A DNA stretch of 64,000 nucleotides from Leidyana gryllorum EB-2025a (lineage: Eukaryota > Protista > Apicomplexa): assembly GCA_048772705.1 (NCBI GenBank), contig JBLWGC010000230.1:1240001-1304000 (forward strand), in the 5' to 3' direction. This document shows positions 36,588-48,758 of this stretch, one piece after another. Both the position numbers and the translations under genes were made by a program. The notes beneath the pieces were generated by a model that searched no databases, had not been told where the DNA came from, and saw only the letters and a program-made list of their open reading frames with translations. Within the stretch, counting starts at the first letter, position 1. Each line of letters opens with the position of its first letter.

Positions 36588-39500
36588 ATGGCGGCGGCGG
36601 AAAGACGCGTTTGGGAGGACTTCTCGGTAGATGATGACCCAACCTACTTTCCTGACCCAATGGCTGCCGCCAAGGGGAGAGGCGCGAATCTGTTAGACCC
36701 AAAGACGTAAGTAAGTGCGCCAAACGCGAAACGTTCAGGTCGCTCGTATCTCAGGAGCCCTTTGTCGGTCCGGAAGAGTCGTGAAGTCTCTTTTCACATT
36801 CCCAACCGTAATCACAATACAACAGATGATGCAGTATCTGTTGGCTCTGCTTCAAGTGAGCGATCGACGTATGTGCTTTTATCCAGCAAACAATAGTGTC
36901 CGGGCTGTCGTCGCACGGCGGAGCCCGCGCACGAATCATTTCGCTCACCGATAACAACAGCGACTCTGAATTTGACTCAGTTATGCAACCAGCTCCTCGA
37001 GTATGTCTCCTCTCGCCTGTGTGGTGTGTGTGCGCGCGCGTTGAGGCCGTCTAAGCGGCAAACTCTGGAGTGTGCACCACCCACATGCCCTTTCCGAATT
37101 CATCCCCGGCTTCTGCGCAGGTCAATAATGGCGATCGGCGTCACTCGGACTCCACCTCCATGGCAGCTTTCTCGGTCCGCCCCTCTGAGGCAGTATCTGC
37201 ACCTCGCAGACAACGATCTCTCCCTATTGCATGGACTGTACCCGACGAGGGCCGTTTTTCCGGATACTTATATCGTCAAAAGGGCAAATGGAAGCGTCAG
37301 TGGGCTCGTGAATTGTTTGCAGTGCAACATAATGTGCTCTTAATCTGTCCAAAAGAGCAACCCCTGTTGATCAAGCACTGTATTCCGTTGATCAATATTC
37401 ACAATGTCGAGGCTGAGGCTAAAGATACCCGCAAGTTTACTATATCGTATCTGGCTCCACTGCGGAAAGGACGGTCGAAACCCGACAAGATTGTGTGCCG
37501 AGCCAACGATGAGATGGAGAGGGATTTATGGGTGCGAAAGCTCAGCGAGTATATGCGGCAAGCTTTAGCACGCGGGAAGCCTATTGCGGACTTTGTAGAG
37601 AAGGACGCTCTCGACAGAACTCTGCATACGGCATATGACAAGCTGAAGAAGTCGGCGACTTGTTCGTTGGTCACTACCTCACAAGCGGTATACACGGCGG
37701 CCCTGCAACGTCAGATACGGGCTGCCATGATAAAATGGCGAGCTATGGCCAGTCAAGGAGTGCTTGCGGAGAGTCGTGCGTTGGCCGAGAATGTGGACTC
37801 ACAGGTGGCCATGAAGACTTCGAAGCTGGAGCGCGAACTGAAGGTTGCCACACGTAAAGCGAAGGGCGATCGCGCCTTTTTATTAGCTGCTGATCGCCTG
37901 CACAACTATCAGAGACACCTTGCGCACTATGCCCTCATGCGTTGGAAACGGATTATTGATCAACAGGCCACGGAGCAATTGGCAGCGGGGAGCGCTTCTC
38001 TGATAACGTATAACTGGAGGGCTCAGGCAGAGATTCAAGCTCGCGATGCAGTAGAGTGGAGACGTAGGAGGATCTTTGGGACTTTTACGTTGTTGTATCA
38101 GCGACGCGTCCGGGATGCTCTGGATACACTTCGTGTCAATGCATCTCTGATTGCCGCCGAGAGGAGTCACCGCACTCAGCTTTTACTCTCAATTATGCGG
38201 CGTCGGGAGGAAATGATTCTATGCGATAAGCGGCTAATTCTCGAACGATGGCGCGAAAGGATACGCTTGGATTCGAAACAACGGGACCAACTCATCGTGT
38301 GTCTCAAGCAGGAGGAGAATGCTCAAAGGAGAGCTCTATTGAGACGATGGTATATGAACGTTGCAAAGAAAGCTGTCTTTGATGTCGCGGCTACCACCAA
38401 GATGATCGCAGCCCTCCAATCCGTCGTCAAGCGACAGCAAGCCTTCGCCTTCCGTAGACTTTGGCACAACGTCGATGAACAGAGTAACCTCGAGTGTCTC
38501 CAAGTTGCTGCCAACTTCAATCTGGTGAGTCGAGACAAAGAGAGGAACAAAGAGATATACACATTTGTGCCGCAGCTTAATTCCAAATTAGTTAAGAGTT
38601 TCAACCAACTACCACTCCACCGGGTAAGTACAGATTGATACTTTGCCGCTGCCGCCGTCTCCCTCTGTGGTGTCGCGCTCGCGATGAGGAGACGGCACGG
38701 CTGTCGAGGGGCTGTGTCTCGTTTGCTTCGATTCTCTCACTTTCTGACAGGGCGCAGTGTTATTGGTGTCTACACTTGCGCGAGTGCGGTACAAGAATTT
38801 ACAGTCGGCGTTCGTCAAGGTTCGAGCCCACGCTGTCCGGCAGCAGTACCTGGACAGATCGCTGTCTGCATTTGCTGCGATATGGAAGAATCTGAGTCGA
38901 CGCAGGCGGTTGTACGCCGGGTTCTATCGACTGGCTGACAATGCACATGTGCAAACCATCAAAGAATTAACGGCTACATATCAGGCCCGATCGGAAAAGA
39001 CTCAGAAGGAATTGAGTGATGCGATGACGAAATTGAACGTGTTCCGTTTCGTGACCAGCCTCAACAATTTCTTGATGTTACGTACAACGAGTCACCTGGG
39101 TGCTGCATTCCATCAACTCCGCCGAGAGGCACTGATCGAGACTATGCAGAGAGACAAGGAACGATTTTTAGTCACCATGGACAAAGTCATCTCTCGTGGC
39201 CGCCTCTCCACAATGCAAATCTTCACCGAACGTCTCGTTGTGTGGTTCGAGGCCGCGCGTCGCAGACGAATGGCATCAGCTTTGCTCGCCCTCCAAGCAC
39301 AGTACGTCGAGACAGATGCCTTGAGGTAAGGGGGATGTCGCGTCCACGAAAGACACTGTTGCCCTCCACAGGAAGGTTGTCCGTCTTCATCTGGTGCAAA
39401 GACTTGTCCAGCTTTTGGATCGCAGTCGCATCGCCAAGTTGGCTATTGCTTTTGATCGACTCAAAGGTGAGTGAGTGTTTGTTTCTCTTCTCACACCTTC

Positions 39501-41168
39501 TCTTTTTCACCTCCCTTCAGAGAATCGAGAGGGTCTCAATCGACTGCGAGATCGCGCCACCGAGGCTTTAGATTATGTCAATACTTCGATGAGATTACAG
39601 TATGCTGTGCAGCACAATAAGACATTGGCTGCAATCGAAGAAGAGACGTCATCCCGCGAGAAAAGCTGGGATGACTCATTTGAAGAGAGTGATGTGTCGA
39701 GCAAATTCACCTTCACCACCCGTCCTGCTGACAGTCCCATTGCATATTCGTCCAAGTTTACTCGTGGCACCTTGGCCGATAAGAGACGCTACCAAACTCG
39801 ACCCTTCAAGATACAACGACACACTCCACGAGTGAAACAATTAGCTTCCGAAAGGAAGCTGACACGCACGCGGCTACGGGCCCACCGTCGTCAGGTAAGA
39901 ACAGATTGAGTCCTCTTTTGGTATTCAACGCGCGCTCTCATCCCTCGTCGCAGATGAAACTCTTCCGAGAGGCCAAAGCCACTCTCCGATCTCTGTGCAG
40001 CCAACCGCTGGGAAACAAAGAGAGAGAGCCACAAGTGTCGTCAGACTCTCAAACAGCTCACGATAGTCCGCGAGACGCTGAAGGCGCTCCCATATACTCG
40101 GAAGCAGGTGAGTGTGTGTGATGGACAAAGTTTGAAGAAATGACTTTCTCTTCTTTGACAGTTCGAGCTGCAATTGATGAAGCTGACCGCTACTTGAATT
40201 CTGCGTCCAGCAACAGCGATGGCATCACGCCGGCGGTGAGTGAAGAACAGTGTGGTGCTGGTTTGGTTCTCAACAATCGGGAGACTGCTGTCCGTGATGA
40301 CTCCCCGCCCCTACCTGGATTGCCGCTCATCGGAAACTTGGGTCCCGCTGTTTCAATGGTGTCCGCAAGAGTGCCGTCTCCACCTCCTCTCCCAACTCGT
40401 CCTGTAGCATCAAAGCCAATTGCGTTCCGAACATCCCCAACTGCTGTTACCGTGATTCCCCCAATACATTTATCCAATGGCGCTCCACGGATTCGGACTT
40501 TCGTTCAGGAACCCGGCTTCTTTGTGAGCACAATTCGAGTCAATCCTCAGACTGAGCCTCAAGTCACACTGCCACCACCCAAAGTCTTTGTCGACGTTCA
40601 GGAGCCCTTCCAATCGTCGGTCCAGGTGGTACCCTCAATTCGAGTACCTCCCTTATCTCCGTAAGCTCAACAGCCGTCTCCGACCTACTATGGATTCTTC
40701 TCTCTCTGCTCCGCTTTGCTCCCCCCCGCCGGTGGACTGACTCGTGGCCCGCTCTCCTGTGACTTTCACTCCTTCATCCACTCTCTGTGTGCAATCCCGC
40801 TGTCTCCACACTGCAGGCGCTCGGATGTCGGATGGATGAGCACCAGCATGGACTCGTTCAGCGGAGTAGATCTGGGTGAGATCGACGAGATTCTGGAACA
40901 GTTGAGCGGAGTGACTCTGGACACATGGACGGGGCCTCCCGCAGTAGCGGTCACGAGCCGTGTGGTTCCCACACCCAAGGGACGGCTTCAAAGTTCAGAA
41001 GGCCTGAGCGACTATTTGGATATGGCAACACTGTATAACTACATCCACGAGGAGAGAAAGGCGTCACGGAAGAGCAGTGGGACAGAAGATACGTCGTTTC
41101 CTAGTGATATTTGGTCAATGTTGGACCGGAAGACTGGCAAGTCGTCACTTCGAGTACTGAGAGCTTAG
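36588..41168 (+). CDS. Large PH-domain protein with helical, Sfi1-like repeats
   Basis: FSGYLYRQKGKWKRQW...ERDLWVRKL PH domain followed by repeated A(F/L)xxW-type helices; multi-exon, ends approximate. Confidence 0.65.
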
Positions 41169-41205
41169 TGCTTTTCTATCGCACAATGACTACGAAAGGA
41201 AAAAA

Positions 41206-42678
41206 ATGTACGGCGACTCAGAAAAGGTGTTTCAGGTCGGTCTACTCCCTCAGTGCTAAGGAGACTCAATCATTATTACTACATTAGGCCCTCACCTTGG
41301 CGTGCGAAGGGGATGAATTGGCCAATAGAACACTCGCTCAGTTTGAGTCTGGAAATTTGGCGGTTTATACAGAGATTCTCGCACAATTATACTCGTTGAG
41401 ATGGAACGAGGCTATTCAACCTCCTATGCCATTCGCAATAATCAGTTTGTTGCGGGCGTTGTGGCGGCGACATGAGTTTGATAAAGAAGGGGCAATCGAA
41501 TTCAGAGGAGTCGTTCAGCGCTTTGTATTGACACAGGTGGACACGTTTTTGCGCACCAATTCCACCTCGACACTTCGTGACGAGTTTGACCAATTACTGG
41601 ATATCACCAGACGTGTTGCTCGACGCACTCTTCCTGGTGAATGGCCCGAGCTATATAGTGTATTGAACACATTTGCCGATGGTAATTTCACTTCAGACAC
41701 CATCTCCTGACCCCCTTCTTGACGACAGACTTCCTTCTCCTCGGTGACAATGTTGACGCCACTAGCGAAGCTCGACTCATCTTCCTCTGCCATTGCATCG
41801 AAGCGGAGCTCTCACTGCGTTTGGGTTCCATTCGGACTGCGAGGGAGTCTATTTGGGACCAAAGTGATGTTTTCAGCAAGTTGCTGTACAAAGGCGTCCT
41901 GATGACTGCGCCCTTCCCCACCGCCGAGATGAGACGATTTCGAATTCTGATCTATCACATCCTCACTTGGATACGCATTTACAGTCGGCACACTCTGCGA
42001 GTGTTCCAACCTGATGCCGTTCCGGTGCCTGTTGAGCTGACAAGTTTGGCTCGATGGCCTCCCCATGTGCGTACCACCGAACAGGCGCTCCATTTCTTGG
42101 AGGAACAGGTTCTGCCTGATTGGACGGGGAGCACAGCCTTCTTCCCTTTTGTCAGTGGGGGACCCAATAGCCTGGACCCACCACTAGCGCTAAGACTGCT
42201 GTGTCTCCAAAACCTCACTGAACAGTTTGGGCAAAGGAGACAGACTGCTCTGCTGTGTCGAATTGTCGATGACCGGAGGCCGTTACTCATCAGAAGTCTG
42301 GAGGAGTTCACCTCAGAGTTGGCAAACAGTGCTCGTGACCCGGTGTTCCAGGACGGAGCGCTACTCCTCTCGCTGGAACTGAAACTCATATATGCTCGCT
42401 TGAGCGTTTATGATCCCACTCAACTCACCATCGCAGACTTGGAGAGGATTAAGGGCCTATGGGAGCCTGTGTTCCGAGCCGTATATGATACTGTCAACAA
42501 ACTGGAAGACCCCCATGAGATATTCGAGGCTCATTTGGTGCTTCGTCCAGGCGGATTAGACCTCTCCTCACTCGTTGAGATTCTGGAAGACGAGGACGAC
42601 GAGGAATCTCGCGAGATTCGCGACCTCGCCGATCGGGTTGTGTTTCTGTGGACCAACTTGTGGAAATGTAACAGTTGA
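41206..42678 (+). CDS. ARM/HEAT protein resembling the importin-beta (importin-11-like) N-terminal half
   Basis: LRALWRR and RVARRTLPGEWPELY resemble karyopherin N-terminal HEAT motifs; 2 introns. Confidence 0.5.
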
Positions 42679-42896
42679 TGTTTAATGATATAGCAGCAGC
42701 CGTAACATAGCGCACAGATACCGCTAGCCGTCCAGCACCACCTCGTCTCTGATGTGTGGTGGGGAGACGGGGGGAGTTATATCTGAGCCACAACGAGAGC
42801 GAGTGGTGTCTGAGCGAAAGAGGCAGGGAGCGAGTGAGTGAGAGTTAACAGATTTCTCTATTAGCTGGCACACTTCTATGTCTATCTAACTTGAAA

Positions 42897-43828
42897 TCAT
42901 TCCATTGAGACCTCGTCCATCTTGGGAGCGAGATAGTATTTGAGAGAGCCGACGTTGGGGTCATTCCGTAACAGATAAGTGACCTCCAAAGGCTGGCCTG
43001 GCGACATCTGCAACTGTACCATATCCGATAGAGTGGCAGCTTTGGTAAACTGGGACAGATACCGAGCCGAGAACCACAGTTGAGTGGTCGACTGAGTTTC
43101 CACCCGCAATCCGTCACCCTACGGTAGATTGATAAGGACACACACCAAGTGCCACTTACACTACTGTCTCCGCTGGACATGTAGGTGGTATTACCCGTTC
43201 CAATGTCACCCTTGGAACTAAACTTGACACCTTTCGTGCTCGTTTCGATCATGACTGAGGCAATTGAGAACAGTGAACCTCCGTCTTTCTCTCCCCGCGC
43301 GCAACTCACTGGTGTCGGAGAAGAGGCCGAGGTCTGCCACCACTTTGCTGAAGTTCTTGGAGGGAAGGACGACTGTAGCGTCGAAGTCCGTCTCTGGGAC
43401 ACCCAAGTGGTCCTGGTCCAGTTGCATCAGCTTCAGTTCAAAGTCAGAGAGCTTGTTCTCCCCTGGGAGCGGGATGGAAACGCCAAGTGGCAAATCATGG
43501 GAAGGGTCTTACCGGCAGACTCGAAGACGAAGAACACACTCTCGCTATCATCAGCTTGACGAATGATGACTTGATCATCATTGCCACAGATTTTGAACAC
43601 TTTGGTGACTGACCCCATATTCAGTCCCAAAGTACGTGGTCGACTGCAACTCCAGTGATCAAAGGCCCCCGTTTTGAGGTCCAGTGCCACCAATGCAACG
43701 TGGGAGGCATCCATGGCTTGCATGGTGATGCCAGCATCGCTACATTCCAAATTGACATCGCTGACCATCCCTCCGATAGCATCGAAGACCTTCTTCAAGA
43801 GGGCTCCATCTGGCATACGGCCTTCCAT
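42897..43828 (-). CDS. PCNA: Proliferating cell nuclear antigen
   Basis: MQAMDASHVALV, FELKLM, LKYYLAPK; 3 introns. Confidence 0.97.
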
Positions 43829-43917
43829 GTTGATTGATGAGCGAGCGTAGTCTCAAAAAATAGCGCCCTGCAAATAGAGACTGTGTCGCAGTCACTTAGA
43901 TATCCCAGTGTCATCCG

Positions 43918-46785
43918 ATGCCCCCCCGTACCCGTTCAGAACACAAAGGGCGAAAACGCTCTTCACCACCCGACAACAACCCTTCATCTCCCGTATCCAA
44001 ACGACGCAAGCAGCAAGTGGTAAAACCCATTGTCGAACCCCCTACCGAAGATGGAGGCATCACCCCGCCCACGAGTCTCCACACTGTCTTACCGGGCCGA
44101 GGCACCACACCGCCCTCTTCCGACATGATGAAACCCCCCTTGACCAGAAGTCGGGCCAAAGCTCAAGCCGCCGCGGCTGCGTCTCGAACAGTCGAAGAAG
44201 GGACTAAAGTAAAGACGAAGGCAGGTGCAAAGGCTAAACCCGGAGGAAGAAGTCGGAGCAGAGCGAGAGCTCCAGTGGTCGCAGAGGACACATCGAGGCC
44301 GGAGCGTTCGACCTCGACGCGAACGGGCCGAAGAGTGCCCAAGAACGACGTTGAGGCAGAATCTCAGTCGATTGACGACTCGAAAAGTACCGTGGAAGCA
44401 GCTGCTGCCACGTCTGCCACAAAAGCTGATGTAAAGGTCAAAGCAGCCGCTGTCCCCAAAGGATCGAGAACGAATGTCGCTGCGAAAGCAAAGGGGGCCG
44501 CGGCCAAATCGATGGCGGCCAAGTCTGTGTGCCAACGGTCGGCGACCACACGAGCAAAAGCTGCGTCGCAGGCGAACGTCACCGTTACCACCCGTTCCGC
44601 TTCTGCAGTCAGAGCAAACGCCGCCGCTCCGACAGCGAGTTCCAAGGACGACCAGGTAGTGACGGCAAAGGTTAAAGCGACCGAGGCTGCCGTTTCCGAG
44701 TCGGAGGCCGAACCCGAGTCTGGCACCGACAGTGATGCGGTTGTGGAGATCTGTTCATCAGACGATCGTTCAGTTGAATCCTCGGCTCTGCCGGGGCTGT
44801 CGGGTGATCACATCGCCCTGAGTACGCGGAGCTCTCAAGTGATTGCGGTGCACCGCTTTGTTTCTCAGTAAGGTGGACCAACGGTCGTTTCACAGCTGTT
44901 GTCCGTAGCGTGTTCGGCCGGAAACGGAAGAAGGGATGGCGGAATCTGGTGCTGGTAGTGGTAGGGACGCCAGGAACGGGTAAAACGACCTGTGTCACGG
45001 CGTATGCCGACGCATTGAAGTACGGTGCCCCGTGGTTACGAGACCTGATTAAAGATGCGGCCGCCAACAACGAGTTTGATGGCGAGGAGAAGAGCTTTGG
45101 CACTTTAGCGAGTTTATCCCATTCGGAGATTTCTGTGGTGCAACTCAAAGCATTTGCGTACAATAATGTGTTGTATAAGGCGAATAGTCTGCGGCCTCTG
45201 GGCCTAATTTCTGATATTGTCCAAGCGGTTTATCGTAACCGCGGCAAATGCAGTCAGTGGATAAAGAAGATGAGAGCTGCTGCTACCAATGACGAACTCG
45301 CCAGCCTCGCTCGCGAGGCTCTGAGTGGTTTCCGTTTGTTAATAACAGTAGATGAGATCGATCATTTAATGTCATTCAGCCTTGTTGGGGGCAGACGAGG
45401 ACCCAAACGAGCCACCACCAACACCACCGAAGCTTACAATGTGTACGAGTGGTTACTCCAAGTGGTGTCGTCTTTAGATTGTTGCGTCCTGATTGGTATG
45501 GCGAATGATCTGTCTTTGGAAAATATGCGCGAGAGCTGGATCGAGCGTTTCCGTTTGAGTCAAACAGACACTCAACAGCAATTCATTACCTTCCCACCAT
45601 ACACTTATGACGAATTATGTACAGTAGTCGAGAAGGCTGCGGGCATCAAGCCCACTGCCGATCCCGCGATTCAATTGGCTCTTAAGAAAGTAGCCAACAG
45701 AGAAGGCGATTCACGTTTACTACTCGACCTGCTGCAACGCGTTCGGTCGCGAATGATCGATATGGACGAACAGGACAGACGAGAGGAGGAGAAGAACAAC
45801 GAAGGCTCCGAGGAGAAAGACCCTTCGCGCTGCCGGGAGCCCGCCGCTCAACAACAGATCAGCTCACCTCGAAATCTCCCACCGAGCGCAGAGACCTCTC
45901 CCACACGGCCGCCTCCTGAAAGGAGCGGCGAAGAGTCGGATGGTAGCCAGCAACCAGTTCTTCGTACCCCGGTCAAACCACAGATCAACCGCACTCTCGA
46001 GAGAATGCAGCTGGTGCAGCAGACCATGGGGCCAGCCTTCCAGACTGAAGTGGCCCGAGCTGTATCCGATATGAAAACTCTGCCATCTCAGCATCAGTTC
46101 ATTGTCTGTGCGACTGCACGCTTGGTGATGCGCAAGTTCCAGCAACAGACCAAGAGCACAAATGACGAGGAGTTGTTGTATGTGCCAGTCTTTGCCGTAT
46201 TCGTGAGTTACCTCCAAGAAAGGGCCTCCCGTTGATCTATTCTGCATTTGCAGAAGCTCTATAGGAAGCTGGTTGGCAGAATCGCCCCAGCAGAGGTTCT
46301 GTCTGAGGGACAATTCCTGGCTGGACTGACTGCGCTGACAGTGAGCGGTATCCTACGTATCCAGCAGGTGAGTTACGGTGCCCTATACCACTATCACTCT
46401 CCCACGCCTCGGCTCAGCCAATTCCCCAAGTAGCTCGAGGTCGAGCCACCACACCTAAACCCAAAGGGGTAGTTAGATCCGCCACCCCAATACGTAACCG
46501 GCCAACACCCAGGTAAGATTCTACTCCCTCCCTAGCGGTCGATGAAATTTTGGTGCGTACAGAGCAGGGGGCATCACCCCACTGGCATATCAAAGTCCCC
46601 AGTCTCCTGCTTTTGGTGCCGATGGTGGTGCCACGGACGTGATCACTGATGCGAGCGCGAACACCGTGGCCTTCACCATCGCTCCCCGAAAACTGAGATT
46701 CGTTCTCAGGGAGTTGAAGAATGTCCGAGGACCCTTCAACATGCTGTTAGCAGGGGAGGTTGAGGACGAGAGTGACGAGGATTGA
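43918..46785 (+). CDS. Cdc6/Orc1-family AAA+ replication initiation protein
   Basis: GTPGTGKT Walker A, VDEID Walker B, LIGMAN, ITFPPYT, GDSR; long basic low-complexity N-terminus; intron 44868-44908. Confidence 0.85.
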
Positions 46786-46820
46786 CTGAAATTTTCGTTG
46801 GGTAATTTTTGCCGTGCGGA

Positions 46821-48626
46821 ATGGTTTCAGTACTGGTGGAGACCGCATCGGGCTATGCCCTCCTCAAGCTGAAAAAGGACTCGCTGGTCCACGCTTCTCC
46901 AGCCGAGATCGCTGAGAAGTTCGAAACTGCAAAGGGAGCGCGGAAATGGTATGTAGTGATAACGAGTATTCTCATCTTCAATTAACCACAGCGTCGAACT
47001 CTCGACCTTCAAACGATTCAGCGACGTCCGTGAGGCTACTTCGGAGATCAGCGCGATTGTTGACGGTAAAATTGGAGATGTTCTCAAGTCCCTCTTGAAA
47101 AAGAAGGTGGTGAAGGCTGGATTTGCTAGCGAAGGATTGGCCGTATGGGACAAGACTCTCGCGCAAGCCATCAAGCAGAAGTTTGACATTGAAGTACTTC
47201 TATCGCCAGCGGTTCACGAGATCTTCCGTGGGGTCAAGGCTCATATCGAAGATTTGGTTGCTGATCTGGGCAAAGGAGGTACGCCACATCCCCCCACAAC
47301 TCTTCTTCATCATTCCATTCCACCTCGCAGAGACCAAGGTTATGTCTATGAGTTTGTCGCACTCTCTCAATCGTTTCAAGCTCAAGTTTTCACCTGAGAA
47401 AGTCGATGTTATGGTAATTCAAGCAGTTGGGTTATTGGACGATCTTGACAAAGAGTTGAATAATCTTGCAATGAGGCTCAAGGAGTGGTACGGATTCCAC
47501 TTCCCGGAGCTCCTCAAGCTGGTCAGCGACAACGCCACCTTTGCCAAAATTGTCAAACTGGTCGGCTACAGAACCACTGTCCAAACTATAGCTAGCTTCG
47601 ACGGGTTGACTACTGAGGATGTGGAGGCTCAAATCAGACAAGCTGCTGAAACATCTATGGGGTCAGATTTGGTGGACGTGGATCTGTCGAACATTATGGA
47701 GTTGGCTGACCGCGTCTTAGAGCTCACTGAATACAGGTAAGCATAGTGGATCTGCTCCGGTCGGCACCAACGGCGGGACGGAGCGAGATGCACGTCCACT
47801 CGGCTGGTTCGTGACATCTTGTCTATCGCCCCGGCGTGTGTGTTGGCGTTACAGCACGCGAAGTGCTTTCCTCGTTTATGTAACCACTATATGTTCTTTA
47901 CCCTGCAGGGAGAAATTGACCTCATATCTTCGGATGCGTATGATGGCTATCGCCCCGAATCTGACTCACATGGTCGGCGAGTTGTTGGGAGCTCGTTTGC
48001 TTGCCCAAGCTGGCTCGTTGATGGGGCTTGCGAAGCAAGCTTCTTCCACCGTTCAGATTCTGGGAGCTGAGAAGGCTCTATTCCGTGCGTTGAAGAGCAA
48101 GGCCAATACTCCAAAGTACGGACTTATTTATCATGCACACCTAGTCGGTCAAGCCAACGCCAAGCTCAAGGGCAAAATCAGTCGCATTTTGGCAGCCAAG
48201 CTGTCGCTGTGCACGCGTGTCGACGCACTTAAGGAAGTTGCAGAGCCTACTGTGGCGATTGGCGCCAAAGCATATGTAGAGCGACGACTCGAGGAGTTGA
48301 CTGAGCAACAGGCAGGCGGGACGATCAGTCATGCCGTGGGCAAGGCGGTTCCCGATATGCCGAAATATGTACCCTCCCGTTTGAGAGACGAAGCGAAACC
48401 TTACAACCCCGCAAATGACTTTGTAAAAGCTGAGGTGAAATCCGAACCGATCGAACCAAAGGAGAAGAAAGCCAAAAAGGAGAAGGAGGACAAGGACGAC
48501 AAGAAGGATAAGAAGGAGAAGAAGGACAAGAAGAAGGACGAGAAAGAGAAAGAGAAGAAGAAGAAACGATCAGCTGAGGAGGAAGGGGGTCCAAAGGAGA
48601 AGAAGAAACATAAGAAGAGCAGTTAG
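46821..48626 (+). CDS. NOP58: Box C/D snoRNP core protein NOP58
   Basis: [54 protein letters not shown] tail. Confidence 0.94.
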
Positions 48627-48758
48627 TATGTCTGTGTGCGCGTCTGCGGTTCATTGTGACTGCCATCCTCTGCTCTTCCGATCTATCATCATGGCCTAGT
48701 CAATAAAGAAAGCGGTAGTGATAGAAACAAACGTGAAGCTTTTTCGCAGGGCATCGAT

